In this document: positions 9,713 through 19,620 of the stretch, in pieces | Layout: each line of letters begins with the position of its first letter | Position numbering within the stretch: position 1 is the first letter of the stretch | Assembly: GCA_903851235.1 (NCBI GenBank) | Contig: CAINNR010000028.1 | Span: forward strand, 1-54,863 | Source: an uncultured Candidatus Berkelbacteria bacterium | GTDB taxonomy: Bacteria > Patescibacteriota > UBA1384 > XYA2-FULL-43-10 > CAINNR01 | DNA length: 54,863 bases | Direction: 5' to 3' | Translations under genes and position numbers: made by a program | Notes under the pieces: generated by a model | Database searches by the model: none | What the model was told of the DNA's origin: nothing | Seen by the model: only the letters and a program-made list of their open reading frames with translations

Positions 9713-10864
9713 ATGAAAAAGATCATTTGGTTCTTGGGGATTTTTTTGGTCGTTGGATCGTTTTTAGTTTCACTACCGATGGCAAAGGCTAATTCATTGC
9801 CAGTTGTCGATTCCGAATTTTTGCCGGATGCTAACTATTACGGCGAATCGTATCCGCCGTTTATCCGGGCTTGCACTCGTTTTGTCCCGACCAGGTCAAG
9901 TTATAGCGGCGCTTTTGATTTGGCGGTCAAAAATGGAAAAGGTGCGAGCCAACCAATTACCGCCAGTCTGCGGAGTTCGGCCGGTGCAATTCCTGGTGAC
10001 GCGGTTAAACTTTATACTCAAACCTCCTTCAACAATTATGCTGATGGTAATAAATCAATGTCGCAGTTTGTTTCGAATGATCAGGAAAATGTCTCGGTTA
10101 CCGTCGGCGCCAAATATTGGCTTTGTATTGAAACGATAGACTCTGATGTGGTCAACTCCGGCTGGTTTTATAAAGCCAATGCGACCGGATATTCGTATCG
10201 TGGCATCAACGCCGATCCGACAACGGAAATGGCCGGAGTTTCTTTTGGTTATCGAACATACGGTTACAATCCAGTAACACCACCACCGGCCGATCCCGGC
10301 AACACCGGAGTTGACACAAATATCGGGACAACGCCGACAACAACCACTGGCAGTTCAAATGTTGCCCAAGGCTCGGTACCATCATCGAATATCTCAAGCG
10401 CAATTGCAAAACCGACCGGTTTGACTGCAGTTTACTCCGCTGACGCGAAAGCTGTGGTTTTGTTGTGGAAGGCATCGACTACCTCAACCATCGGAGGTTA
10501 CAACATCTATCGGTCAGCGGTTTCTGGCAAAGATTATAAGAAAATTGCTGATACCGGTAAAACAACAGTAACTTATTCTAACACAACTATCGTCGCAGGC
10601 ACGACCTATTTCTATATGATTCGAGCCTATAAAGATACCGCTGAGTCGGCAAATTCAGACGAAGCGTCGGCAATTGTACCCGCTGGTGCCGCCGTTACAA
10701 CGGATAATTCAGTAGCTACGACTTCGAGCACTGGAGTTGTTGACAATAAAATTGAAATTACGCCATTGATCTGGGCATTATTGGCGTTTGCCGTTGTTCT
10801 GATCGGTTTGTTAATTTTCTTAGTTGTTAAAAGAAGAAAAGTCTTAGTTCCAAAAAAAGTTTAA
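9713..10864 (+). CDS. Cell-surface protein with signal peptide, fibronectin type III domain, Thr/Pro-rich linker and C-terminal TM anchor with a KR tail.
   Basis: ATG after GAGGGGAGA RBS. MKKIIWFLGIFLVVGSFLVSLPMAKA signal. Fn3 signature PTGLTAVYSADAKAVVLLWKA...YNIYRS. C-terminal hydrophobic helix followed by KRRK. Confidence 0.6.
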   Translation: MKKIIWFLGIFLVVGSFLVSLPMAKANSLPVVDSEFLPDANYYGESYPPFIRACTRFVPTRSSYSGAFDLAVKNGKGASQPITASLRSSAGAIPGDAVKLYTQTSFNNYADGNKSMSQFVSNDQENVSVTVGAKYWLCIETIDSDVVNSGWFYKANATGYSYRGINADPTTEMAGVSFGYRTYGYNPVTPPPADPGNTGVDTNIGTTPTTTTGSSNVAQGSVPSSNISSAIAKPTGLTAVYSADAKAVVLLWKASTTSTIGGYNIYRSAVSGKDYKKIADTGKTTVTYSNTTIVAGTTYFYMIRAYKDTAESANSDEASAIVPAGAAVTTDNSVATTSSTGVVDNKIEITPLIWALLAFAVVLIGLLIFLVVKRRKVLVPKKV

Positions 10865-10932
10865 GAACAAATATCAAGAGCAAAAACAAAAGGCCGGAAA
10901 TATTCTCCGGTCTTTTGCGAGTATTAACATTT

Positions 10933-12204
10933 TTATTCGTATCTAAGGGCGTCAATCGGATTCAAGTTTGCCGCCCTGGCGGCGGGATAGATACCGAAGA
11001 TAATTCCAATAGCGGCGGAGATGCCAACGGCCAAACCGATCGCCGAGTTAGTTAAAACAGCGGCGAAGCCGACAAAATGACCGGCGATTGCGCCCAGCGC
11101 CCAGCCCAAGACGATTCCCAAAAGTCCGCCGACCAAAGTTAGAAGCAGTGCTTCGATTAAAAATTGAACTAAAATGTCAGAGGTTTTGGCGCCGACGGCT
11201 TTGCGCAGACCGATTTCACGCGTTCGTTCGGTGACGGAAACTAACATAATATTCATTATTCCGATTCCGCCAACCAAAAGTGAAATTGCGGCGATTCCAG
11301 AGAGAAGCGCGGTTAAGATCCCGGTGATACTCCCAACGGTCGAAAGCAAATCAGCCGAAGTTGAAACCGAAAAATCGGCCAATTTTTTTTCGGAAATTTT
11401 GTGGTTGGCCATCAGCGTGTTTTCAATTTCGGTTTTTACAGCGTCGACTGAATTTTGGTCTTTGGCATCAAGCGAAAAGTCGCTGAATTTTGTTGTTCCA
11501 AGCGAATCCATTGCCGAAGTGTAGGGGACAAAGGCGCTGGTGTTGGAATTGGAAAAACTGTTTTCAGCAACGGAATTGTAAACACCAACAATTTGGTAGT
11601 TGTCATTGCCGATTTGCAAAGTTTTACCAATTGGATTGTCTTGAGCGAAAAGGCTGGTTTTTAAGTCGGCACCCAAGATTGCAACTTTGTTGTGACTCGA
11701 AACATCGGCATCGGAAAGATTTTTTCCTTGACCGATCGATAATTTTCTCACCCCGATTAAACTGATTGTCGTGCCGGTGACGGAGAACCGCTGACTGGCA
11801 TTATAAATTCCCGAGCCGGAAACTATGCCGGCGACGTTAGAAGCGTCGGGAACGTTCTTCTTGCTAAGTAAAGAATTGTAATCATCGACAGTCAAAGTTG
11901 AAGTTCCGCCGCCAATTCCGCCACCACCACCACCACCGAAACCGCTTCTCTGTCCCGAGGTCGATGAACTTCCTGAAGTTTGGCTGCTGGCATTTGCCAA
12001 TTCCGCGCCGGGTGAAACGATTATTCTTGTCGGCCCCAAACTGTCAATTTGACCGGTGATATAACTTTTCGCGCCGTTGCCGAGCGACATTAAAGCGATG
12101 ACAGAGCCGATTCCGATTACGATTCCCAAAATTGTCAAAAAGCTACGGCCTTTGTTGGCAAAAATCGCTTTTAATGATTGTTTACCAATAACATAGAATT
12201 TCAT
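10933..12204 (-). CDS. ABC transporter permease, MacB/FtsX family, with a Gly-rich periplasmic insert.
   Basis: N-terminal TM plus a large periplasmic domain and three C-terminal TM helices (the FtsX fold). A 4-nt overlap with the upstream ATPase gene. Confidence 0.7.
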   Translation of the reverse strand: MKFYVIGKQSLKAIFANKGRSFLTILGIVIGIGSVIALMSLGNGAKSYITGQIDSLGPTRIIVSPGAELANASSQTSGSSSTSGQRSGFGGGGGGGIGGGTSTLTVDDYNSLLSKKNVPDASNVAGIVSGSGIYNASQRFSVTGTTISLIGVRKLSIGQGKNLSDADVSSHNKVAILGADLKTSLFAQDNPIGKTLQIGNDNYQIVGVYNSVAENSFSNSNTSAFVPYTSAMDSLGTTKFSDFSLDAKDQNSVDAVKTEIENTLMANHKISEKKLADFSVSTSADLLSTVGSITGILTALLSGIAAISLLVGGIGIMNIMLVSVTERTREIGLRKAVGAKTSDILVQFLIEALLLTLVGGLLGIVLGWALGAIAGHFVGFAAVLTNSAIGLAVGISAAIGIIFGIYPAARAANLNPIDALRYE

Positions 12205-12959
12205 TTATTCTCCTTTGCTCTGATTGGAGTCGAAGTTGTGCTTGATTTATCACTGACGATTTTTCCATCCTCCAACTCAATAACTCGCTTGGCGTATTTA
12301 GCGACGCTGGGTTCATGAGTTATAACGATGACTGTTGCGCCATCATCATTTATCTGTTGGAAAAGTTGCATGATTTCTCGCGACTTTTTGGAATCCAAAT
12401 TGCCGGTTGGCTCATCAGCCAAAATGATTGACGGGTCATTTATTAGTGCTCGGGCGACGGCGACGCGCTGAATTTGCCCACCTGAAAGTTGATTGCTTTT
12501 GTGATTTATCCGATCTGCCAAACCGACGCGTTCGATAATTTCCTTAGCTTTGCCGGTAGCATCCTTTTGTTTGCCGTAAATTGATGGTAGTATCACATTG
12601 TCCAAAACTGAAGTCCGTGGTAGTAAATTAAACTGCTGGAAAACAAAACCGATCTCCCGGTTGCGAATTTCCGCTTGGCGATTTTTATTTAATTTACTGA
12701 CATTTTCTCCGGCCAGAAAATATTTGCCGGAAGTCGGAACATCCAGAAGCCCCAAAATATGCATCAGCGTTGATTTGCCCGAGCCAGAAGGTCCCATAAT
12801 TGCAACAAACTCATTTTTTTTAATTATCAGATCAATATCGCAAACAGCAACCGTGTCCTCGTCGCCGGTTTTGTAAACTTTGCGGATTTTTTCCAACCGG
12901 ATTACATCATCTTCTTGATTCAAATTATTCCTTTCATCCAATTGATTATTCTTTGACAA
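12201..12959 (-). CDS. ABC transporter ATP-binding protein (MacB/LolD-like).
   Basis: Walker A GPSGSGKST, signature LSGGQIQRVAVARAL, Walker B ILADEPTGNLD. Confidence 0.85.
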   Translation of the reverse strand: MSKNNQLDERNNLNQEDDVIRLEKIRKVYKTGDEDTVAVCDIDLIIKKNEFVAIMGPSGSGKSTLMHILGLLDVPTSGKYFLAGENVSKLNKNRQAEIRNREIGFVFQQFNLLPRTSVLDNVILPSIYGKQKDATGKAKEIIERVGLADRINHKSNQLSGGQIQRVAVARALINDPSIILADEPTGNLDSKKSREIMQLFQQINDDGATVIVITHEPSVAKYAKRVIELEDGKIVSDKSSTTSTPIRAKENK

Positions 12960-13047
12960 ATTAATTATAGCAGTTTTAGACTTGGTGTTGTAGAGTGAAC
13001 AAAAACCCGAAGAAACTTCGGGTTTTTGCCTGGATTATATAATAGTA

Positions 13048-13344
13048 TCAATTATCGCCTTTGTCTCCGCAGCCGCAGGACTTGCCGTCTTCGCCTTTGT
13101 GTATCATTTGGTGCAAAGTATCGGCATCTTTTTCTGACACCATTTTGACGATCTTGTCCAATTTTTCTTTTGCTTCGGTTTCATCAAAACCACTTTCCTT
13201 CAACGACCACTTGATCTTCATCATACCGAGCGTCAACTTCATCACACCCCAAAGCATTTTGTCATCAATCTGATCCTTCTTGATGCCGACTTTTCCCAAC
13301 TCATCTGCGACCATCTCCAGCATTTTTTCATTTTTCATCATCAT
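13048..13344 (-). CDS. Hypothetical small protein with C-terminal CGCG cysteines.
   Basis: ORF only. Lys/Glu-rich, no recognisable domain. Confidence 0.3.
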   Translation of the reverse strand: MMMKNEKMLEMVADELGKVGIKKDQIDDKMLWGVMKLTLGMMKIKWSLKESGFDETEAKEKLDKIVKMVSEKDADTLHQMIHKGEDGKSCGCGDKGDN

Positions 13345-13411
13345 TTTGTTCCTTTCATTTAATTATTTCTCTAATTAGAGATTATTCCTGGCAGCTGAGA
13401 AAAAGCTTAGA

Positions 13412-15052
13412 TTACTTTGATGTCGATGGTTCGTCGTGACCCATATCGGCTTTTTTAGGCAGAAAAAATGTCAAGAGAAAACCGAGTCCGGTGAAGAGCG
13501 CGGCGTAAATCAGCGCTAATCGATTGGCGTCGGTTGTCGCCTTGTGACTAACAGTGATAATTTCGTTGGCAACATTTGCTGGCAGTTTGGTCGAAATTTG
13601 GGCGCCGCCGCCGAATTCGACGTTGGAGGTTTGGCTCGTGACCGCTGAAGTTATTTGCGGTTTTAATTGATTGGGAATTGCTTGACTTGAGGAGATTCCG
13701 GAATTTAGATTTGTCGCCAGTGCGGTTAAGAGCGCAGCGCCGACGACTGCCGAACCGAGCGATGAGCCGATCTGCCGGAAGGTATTGTTAACTCCTGAGG
13801 CTTCGCCAGCCTCTTCAACCGAAACGGCGGAAAGTGTCAGGTTTGAAAGTGTTGACATTGAAAGTCCGATGCCGGCGCCGTAAATTATCATGCCGAAAAT
13901 GAAGTTGTGAGTGCTGGCATCAATCTGCAAATTGCTTCGGATAATAATCATCCCGACTGTTGAGAACAAAAGTCCGGCTTGAATCAAGCGCTTCGGCCCG
14001 ACTTTTCGGCTGAGAACGGCGGCCGAAAGCGGCGCAACAATTAAAGATGTCAACGATGTCGGCAGAAACGCCAAACCGGTGTGGAAGGCATCTAGCCCGC
14101 GGACGGATTCAAAAAAGATTGGCAGAGCGAAGATCATACCGGTTTGACCGAGGGCCAAAAGTGCGGTAACCGCGACGCCGGAGGTAAATTGGTTGTTTCT
14201 GAATAACTTCATTGAAACCAGTGGTGTCATCCCGCGCTTGTCCATCCGCAACTCCCAGGCGACGAAAAGAATTATAATAATCAAACCGATAATTAGTGCC
14301 GGCGTAACGATAGAGATACCGCCGAGATCAAGTTTATGGCCGAAAAAACTGAAGATGTCTTTGGCTTTGTACCAGCCATAACTTGAGGATTCAATAATGC
14401 CAAAAACCAGCGCCAACAGTCCGATCGACGAAAGAATGACGCCGAAAATATCCAAAGTCGATTTCTCCTTTTCATCGCGTCGCTCCTTTATTATCACCGA
14501 GCCGATTATCAAAATTGCGGCGACGAAAATGTTAATTCGAAACCCCCAACGCCAATTAAAATGTGTGGTTAAAAATCCGCCGAGGATCGGTCCGATCGCC
14601 GCCGCCGCCGCCGCGGTTCCGCCCCAAACGCCCATAGCAATTGCTCGGTCGCGTCCACGATAAGTCGAAATCAGAAGCGACATTGTTGATGGCATCATCA
14701 AAGCCGCGCCGATGCCTTCAATTATCGATTCGCCGGCGATCATTGTGCCAACATTTTTGCTAATTGAAGCGATAAAAGATCCGAGAGCGAAAATTGCCGC
14801 GCCAACGATAAACATCCGTTTGCGGCCCCAGAGATCACCCAACCGTCCACCGGTAATTGTCAGCGCCGCCAATGTTAGGGCGTAAGCGGTAATTACCCAT
14901 TGGATGCTTTGAATATCGGTCTGGAGATCGCGGATGACATAAGCCAGCGCGACATTTAAGAGTGTGGTATCAATAATTATTATCATTAAACCGAGGGCTA
15001 AAACGAAAACCGGCGCCCACTTTCGAAAAAAACTCCAAAATTTTTTCAACAT
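13412..15052 (-). CDS. MFS transporter, DHA2 (EmrB/QacA-like, 14-TM) drug:H+ antiporter family.
   Basis: Motif GRLGDLWGRKRMF (MFS motif A). About 14 hydrophobic segments over 546 aa. Confidence 0.75.
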   Translation of the reverse strand: MLKKFWSFFRKWAPVFVLALGLMIIIIDTTLLNVALAYVIRDLQTDIQSIQWVITAYALTLAALTITGGRLGDLWGRKRMFIVGAAIFALGSFIASISKNVGTMIAGESIIEGIGAALMMPSTMSLLISTYRGRDRAIAMGVWGGTAAAAAAIGPILGGFLTTHFNWRWGFRINIFVAAILIIGSVIIKERRDEKEKSTLDIFGVILSSIGLLALVFGIIESSSYGWYKAKDIFSFFGHKLDLGGISIVTPALIIGLIIIILFVAWELRMDKRGMTPLVSMKLFRNNQFTSGVAVTALLALGQTGMIFALPIFFESVRGLDAFHTGLAFLPTSLTSLIVAPLSAAVLSRKVGPKRLIQAGLLFSTVGMIIIRSNLQIDASTHNFIFGMIIYGAGIGLSMSTLSNLTLSAVSVEEAGEASGVNNTFRQIGSSLGSAVVGAALLTALATNLNSGISSSQAIPNQLKPQITSAVTSQTSNVEFGGGAQISTKLPANVANEIITVSHKATTDANRLALIYAALFTGLGFLLTFFLPKKADMGHDEPSTSK

Positions 15053-15154
15053 TGCTCCTTTTTGTTTTTAGTTAGGCTAAATTATTTTACCATGGATGGG
15101 AAAATAATTATAGACTTGTGTTGCAACTTTGGAAAATCTGTTAAAATAGAGAAA

Positions 15155-16030
15155 ATGGCGAAAAACACGGTGATTGAAGTCAAAAATTTGAAGAAACATT
15201 TTTCCGCCGTCAAAGCGGTCGATGGGATCTCTTTTTCAATTGAAAAGGGCGAAATTTTCGGTTTTTTAGGTCCGAACGGCGCCGGAAAGACGACAACAAT
15301 CCGAATGCTGATGGATTTTATTCGGCCGACAAGCGGTGAAATTACAATTGCCGGCCTCGACTCTCAAGCCAACAGTGTCGAACTCAAGGAAAAGATCGGC
15401 TATCTTTCGGACACCGCTAGGTTTTACAACCACTGGAATGTAAAAAATCATTTGGATTTTCAGCAAAGTTTACGCGGCAAATCAAAAAATCTGGCCGAAT
15501 TAATCAAACTTTTCGGTTTAACCAGCAAACAGAAGTTTGCCAATTTATCCTCTGGCAACAAACGAAAACTATCAATCATTCTGGCGCTGATGAACAGTCC
15601 GGAAATTCTAATCCTCGACGAGCCGACGTCGTCGCTCGACCCGATTTTGCAAAACGCCTTTCTTTCGTATATCGACAATTTTGCCAAAGGTGGAGGCACG
15701 GTCTTTATGTCGTCTCACAATTTGGCCGAGGTTGAAAAGATTTGTAACCGAGTTGGAATTATTAAGGGCGGTAAAATGGTTGCCGTTGAACGAATCTCCG
15801 AGATGAAATTGATGAAAATTTACGACGTTAGTTTTCACTCCGCCGGCGCCGACCCGAAAATTTTCGCCGGCAACAATGTCGAAATTGTCAATCACATCGA
15901 TGGTCTTATTATGCTGAAAGTCAAAGGTGATATCAATCCAATTGTTGAAAAGTTGGCGAAAATCAAAGTCCACGACTTGGAAATTACTCATGCCAGTTTG
16001 GAGGATATCTTTTTGGAATACTATAACTAA
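15155..16030 (+). CDS. ABC transporter ATP-binding protein (ABC-2 exporter type).
   Basis: Walker A GPNGAGKTT, signature LSSGNKRKLSIILAL, Walker B ILILDEPTSSLD. The start is taken at MAKNTVIEV (the upstream part of the ORF has no RBS). Confidence 0.8.
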   Translation: MAKNTVIEVKNLKKHFSAVKAVDGISFSIEKGEIFGFLGPNGAGKTTTIRMLMDFIRPTSGEITIAGLDSQANSVELKEKIGYLSDTARFYNHWNVKNHLDFQQSLRGKSKNLAELIKLFGLTSKQKFANLSSGNKRKLSIILALMNSPEILILDEPTSSLDPILQNAFLSYIDNFAKGGGTVFMSSHNLAEVEKICNRVGIIKGGKMVAVERISEMKLMKIYDVSFHSAGADPKIFAGNNVEIVNHIDGLIMLKVKGDINPIVEKLAKIKVHDLEITHASLEDIFLEYYN

Positions 16031-16094
16031 TGATGATACCAAATCAAATCATTTGAAAATTTGCTCGTCATTAGATATTCTTAATTTAAAAATT

Positions 16095-16898
16095 ATGTTA
16101 AGAATCACCTGGGAAACAATGAAAGAGCGTAAATGGCCGGTCCTGATTTACTCCGGCGCCTCGATTTTGCTTTTGTGGATGTACGTCGCACTTTATCCGA
16201 GTATGCAAGCGCAAAGTCAGCAACTGGCCGAGGTCTTAAAAAGTATGCCAGCCGGTTTGATGAAAGCGCTTGGCGCCAACACCTCGGAAGTGAATTTTAC
16301 TCTGGAGGCGCTTTTGCAGACTAAACAATTTGGCATTGTCTTCCAGCTTTTGGCCGGAATCTTAGCAATTTCGATTGCCGGTAACGATCTCGCCGACGAA
16401 GTTGAAAAAGGGACGATTGAATTTTTGCTCTCCCAACCGGTTTCGCGATTCAAACTTTATTTTGCCAGGTTTACTTCCGGCACGATCTGGCTAACAATTT
16501 TTGCCGCCGCCTCGACTTTGGTCGTTATTCCGTTGGCAAAAATCTACAACGTCGCTTATGTTGCTGAAAGCTACTACAAATTATTCTTTATCGCTTGGTT
16601 GTTTACGATGGCGGTTTATGCTGTGTCATATTTTTTCTCGGCTGCTTTTTCATCCAAGAGTAGGGTTTTCGGTATCGGCGCCGGGCTATTAATCGTGATG
16701 TACTCTGCCTTTTTGGTTTCGGCCCTTAAAGACTCGCTTGACAAATGGAAATATATTTCCTTTTTCCACTACTTTTCGCCCGATTTGTTAACCACCGGAA
16801 CGATTGACAAACTAGGCGTCTGGATCTTTGTCGCTACAATTATTATTTGCACCACAATTGGTGCCGTGGTTTTCAACAACCGCGACATCGCAATCTAA
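16095..16898 (+). CDS. ABC-2 family transporter permease.
   Basis: Six predicted TM helices. It immediately follows its ATPase partner. Confidence 0.6.
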   Translation: MLRITWETMKERKWPVLIYSGASILLLWMYVALYPSMQAQSQQLAEVLKSMPAGLMKALGANTSEVNFTLEALLQTKQFGIVFQLLAGILAISIAGNDLADEVEKGTIEFLLSQPVSRFKLYFARFTSGTIWLTIFAAASTLVVIPLAKIYNVAYVAESYYKLFFIAWLFTMAVYAVSYFFSAAFSSKSRVFGIGAGLLIVMYSAFLVSALKDSLDKWKYISFFHYFSPDLLTTGTIDKLGVWIFVATIIICTTIGAVVFNNRDIAI

Positions 16899-16901
16899 AT
16901 T

Positions 16902-17660
16902 ATGCGCTATTCACATCCGTTACAAAAAAGTCGCGAACATCACATTTTAAAAAACCGCTACGCCAGTAGTGTTGTGAGTTGGGCTTGGGTGATAATCGCT
17001 TTTTTGCTGGTTGGATTCTTTTTCAGTTTTTCCAGTTTGGATATCAAACAGGTTATCAGCGGATTTGCCGTCAGTCTGATCCGAACGACGATCGCTTATC
17101 TACTCGCCGCTGTTCTTGCCGTCGCGATAGCGCTTTCAATTACGGCGAACAAAACTTTAGAGAATCTTTTTTTGCCGATCTTTGATGTCTTGCAAAGTTT
17201 TCCAAGTTTTGCCCTTTTCCCGGTTTTGGTCATCGCTCTGAAAAATTCGCCGGAGACGGTTATCATTTCGGTTTTGGCAATCGAAATAATTTGGCCGATA
17301 CTTTTTTCAATGATCGGCAGTATGAAAAATCGTCGGCGAGACTTGGAGGAAGCGGCGACAATTTTCGGCGCCCGGAGTTGGAAACGGCTGATCTATTTCA
17401 CTTTGCCGCAGCTTTCGCCATCAATTATTACCGGTTCAATCGTCGGTTGGGGTAGTGGTTGGGAGTTTATAATCGGCGCCGAGCTTTTGGTAAAAACCAA
17501 GTTTGGAATCGGCGCTTATCTGGGAACACTTGGCAACAATCAACAAAATGTCGCATTGGCTTTCGGCATAATCATCCTGTTGATGCTTTTATATGTGATA
17601 AATAAACTGATTTGGTTGCCACTTTTGATCCGTTCAACATTATATAGCGCGGAGGCTTGA
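16902..17660 (+). CDS. ABC transporter permease, binding-protein-dependent type (NitT/TauT, SsuC/TauC-like).
   Basis: EAA loop EAATIFGARSWKRLIYFTLPQL. Six TM helices. Confidence 0.7.
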   Translation: MRYSHPLQKSREHHILKNRYASSVVSWAWVIIAFLLVGFFFSFSSLDIKQVISGFAVSLIRTTIAYLLAAVLAVAIALSITANKTLENLFLPIFDVLQSFPSFALFPVLVIALKNSPETVIISVLAIEIIWPILFSMIGSMKNRRRDLEEAATIFGARSWKRLIYFTLPQLSPSIITGSIVGWGSGWEFIIGAELLVKTKFGIGAYLGTLGNNQQNVALAFGIIILLMLLYVINKLIWLPLLIRSTLYSAEA

Positions 17661-18388
17661 TGGAATCTGACATTATGATAAAGGCAAAGGGAATTTCAGA
17701 AGATTTTCAAATTAACTGGAAACATCAATATGTTCTCGCCGACATTAATTTTGAAATTAAAAAGGGGGAATTTGTCTGCATTGTCGGACCGTCCGGTTGC
17801 GGCAAATCGACATTACTGCGCATCATCACTGGCTTGGAAAGGCCAACATCCGGCAATATCAATTTAGCAAGCAAAAAGTTGGCAATGGTTTTTCAAAATT
17901 TTGCCCTTTTCCCGTGGTTGACAGTTGAGGAAAATATCGCTTTTGGACTTCTAATGTCGGGTGTCGAGCGATCAAAAGCGGAAAAAATTGTCAAGGAGCA
18001 AATTTCCGCCATTGGGCTTTCCGGAGTCGAGAAAAAACATCCGAAGGAGCTTTCCGGCGGGATGAGACAACGAGTCGGAATTGCCAGAGCGCTAGCAGTC
18101 GATCCAGAAATTCTGCTTTTGGATGAGCCTTTTTCCGCTCTTGATGTTTTTACCGCCAAAAAATTGCGAGCCGACCTGCTATCAGTTTGGAAAAGCCGGG
18201 GATTGACGGTTTTAATGGTATCCCACCTAGTTGAAGAAGCCGTTGAGCTCTCGGATCGCATCATTATCATGTCGACAAATCCAGGAAAAATCAAAGAGAT
18301 CAAACCGATCAATTTAGAGCGGCCGAGAAATCCTCGGTCGGAGAGTTTTTACACTCTGGTTGACAATATCGAAGGCAAAATTCACTAG
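17657..18388 (+). CDS. ABC transporter ATP-binding protein (NitT/TauT family, SsuB/TauB-like).
   Basis: Walker A GPSGCGKST, signature LSGGMRQRVGIARAL, Walker B LLLDEPFSALD. A 4-nt overlap with the permease gene. Confidence 0.8.
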   Translation: MMESDIMIKAKGISEDFQINWKHQYVLADINFEIKKGEFVCIVGPSGCGKSTLLRIITGLERPTSGNINLASKKLAMVFQNFALFPWLTVEENIAFGLLMSGVERSKAEKIVKEQISAIGLSGVEKKHPKELSGGMRQRVGIARALAVDPEILLLDEPFSALDVFTAKKLRADLLSVWKSRGLTVLMVSHLVEEAVELSDRIIIMSTNPGKIKEIKPINLERPRNPRSESFYTLVDNIEGKIH

Positions 18389-18502
18389 CGGATTAAATGA
18401 TTGTTGTAAAAATTTGTTTTTTGATAAATATCTATGTTTTTTCTAGTGTAAGGACTATTTTTCGGACGAACGCAGATCTGTAACTATCGCAGAACAAAAA
18501 TA

Positions 18503-19210
18503 TTAACTGGCAATACGGATTACCAAATAGATCAATCCGATGCCGGCGATTGTCATAATTGATGTCCAAAGCGTCGGGTGCCGGTGGTGACTCTCAGGAA
18601 TTAACTCGGCGGCGCCGATATAGAGGAATAGTCCGGTGAAAATCGCCAAAATTATTCCGAGAGATTTCTCGCTGACGGAAAAAAATAGCGTTGAAACAAC
18701 ACCGAATGCCGGCGCCAAAGCATCGGCAAATAACCACTTTAAGGCGGTTTTGCGACTGCCGTCATCTTTTAATATCATATTAGCTGTGTTGATACCATCA
18801 GAAAAATCATGAGCCAATACCGCCGCGGCGACAATCCAACCGACAGCCGGCGAAACTTTGAACGCCAAACCGATTCCAAGACCGTCAAGAAAGCTATGGA
18901 TTATCAAAGTTGTGGCGCCGAGTTTGCTTGAATGATCGGGATTTTCGCATTTCTCGTCACCATGTGGGTGGATTGAAAAAAAGCGATCAAAAATCAAATA
19001 AGCTATAAAACCAACTGCAATAAAAATAGCGGTTTTTTTGATGTCAGCGGTGAGACTGGACGCTTCGGGCAGAAGATCGAATAAAGCGACGCCCAAAACC
19101 GCGCCGGCGGAGAAACCCAAAATCAGGTGAAGTTTATCAGAAAATTTTATTGCAAAAAGTCCCCCGAGAATTGTGCTGACAATCGTTGCCAGAATAATTA
19201 AATAAATCAT
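18503..19210 (-). CDS. ZIP family divalent metal transporter (ZupT-like).
   Basis: Eight TM segments. His-rich loop HPHGDEKCENPDHS. AHDFSDG corresponds to the HNFPEG signature. Confidence 0.65.
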   Translation of the reverse strand: MIYLIILATIVSTILGGLFAIKFSDKLHLILGFSAGAVLGVALFDLLPEASSLTADIKKTAIFIAVGFIAYLIFDRFFSIHPHGDEKCENPDHSSKLGATTLIIHSFLDGLGIGLAFKVSPAVGWIVAAAVLAHDFSDGINTANMILKDDGSRKTALKWLFADALAPAFGVVSTLFFSVSEKSLGIILAIFTGLFLYIGAAELIPESHHRHPTLWTSIMTIAGIGLIYLVIRIAS

Positions 19211-19260
19211 ATGTTAATTATTGCACAGTCGGCAGAAGAGTCAACCTTTTTATTGTAATA

Positions 19261-19332
19261 ATACGACCAGGGGGTATAATGTGAAGAACGGGGGGTATGG
19301 CTGTTAATAAGTTTTTAGAAACTTATTAACAG
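19261..19332. promoter_or_regulatory. Candidate operator/promoter region between the divergent ZIP and CsoR-like genes: two G-tract boxes, a consensus TATAAT and a perfect 14-4-14 palindrome.
   Basis: ATACGACCAGGGGGTAT (19261-19277) overlaps TATAAT (19275-19280). ACGGGGGGTATGG lies at 19288-19300. CTGTTAATAAGTTT-TTAG-AAACTTATTAACAG lies at 19301-19332. Confidence 0.5.
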
Positions 19333-19356
19333 AATTTAAAATTAATATTTAAAAAA

Positions 19357-19587
19357 ATGGAGATAAATAAAATCCAAAATCGACTGAAGCGAATTGAGGG
19401 CCAGATTCGCGGGGTCGAAAATATGGTTTCGCTACTTCGCTCAAGCGATGAAATTATTATCCAACTTTCAGCAATCCGCTCGGCGGTGAATTCGCTTTTA
19501 TTAGAAGTTATCGACCAGGAACTGGAATCCGCCGATAAAGATCGACTAATGGAACTTAAAAAAACGATAAAAAGATTATTAAAATAG
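19357..19587 (+). CDS. CsoR/RcnR/FrmR-family (DUF156) transcriptional repressor that lacks the canonical Cys/His metal-ligand residues.
   Basis: LKRIEGQIRGVENMV ... IIIQLSAIRSAVNSLLLEVI matches the family helix-bundle signature. The protein contains no Cys or His at all. Confidence 0.65.
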   Translation: MEINKIQNRLKRIEGQIRGVENMVSLLRSSDEIIIQLSAIRSAVNSLLLEVIDQELESADKDRLMELKKTIKRLLK

Positions 19588-19620
19588 TAGACAAAAAAAT
19601 ATTTTTGTGATATAAAGATA

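Noticed and set aside
11174-11765. Antisense ORFs 11174..11524, 11436..11630, 11455..11664 and 11490..11765 within the MacB-like permease gene.
   Set aside because: Overlapping shadow ORFs inside a confidently assigned permease gene.
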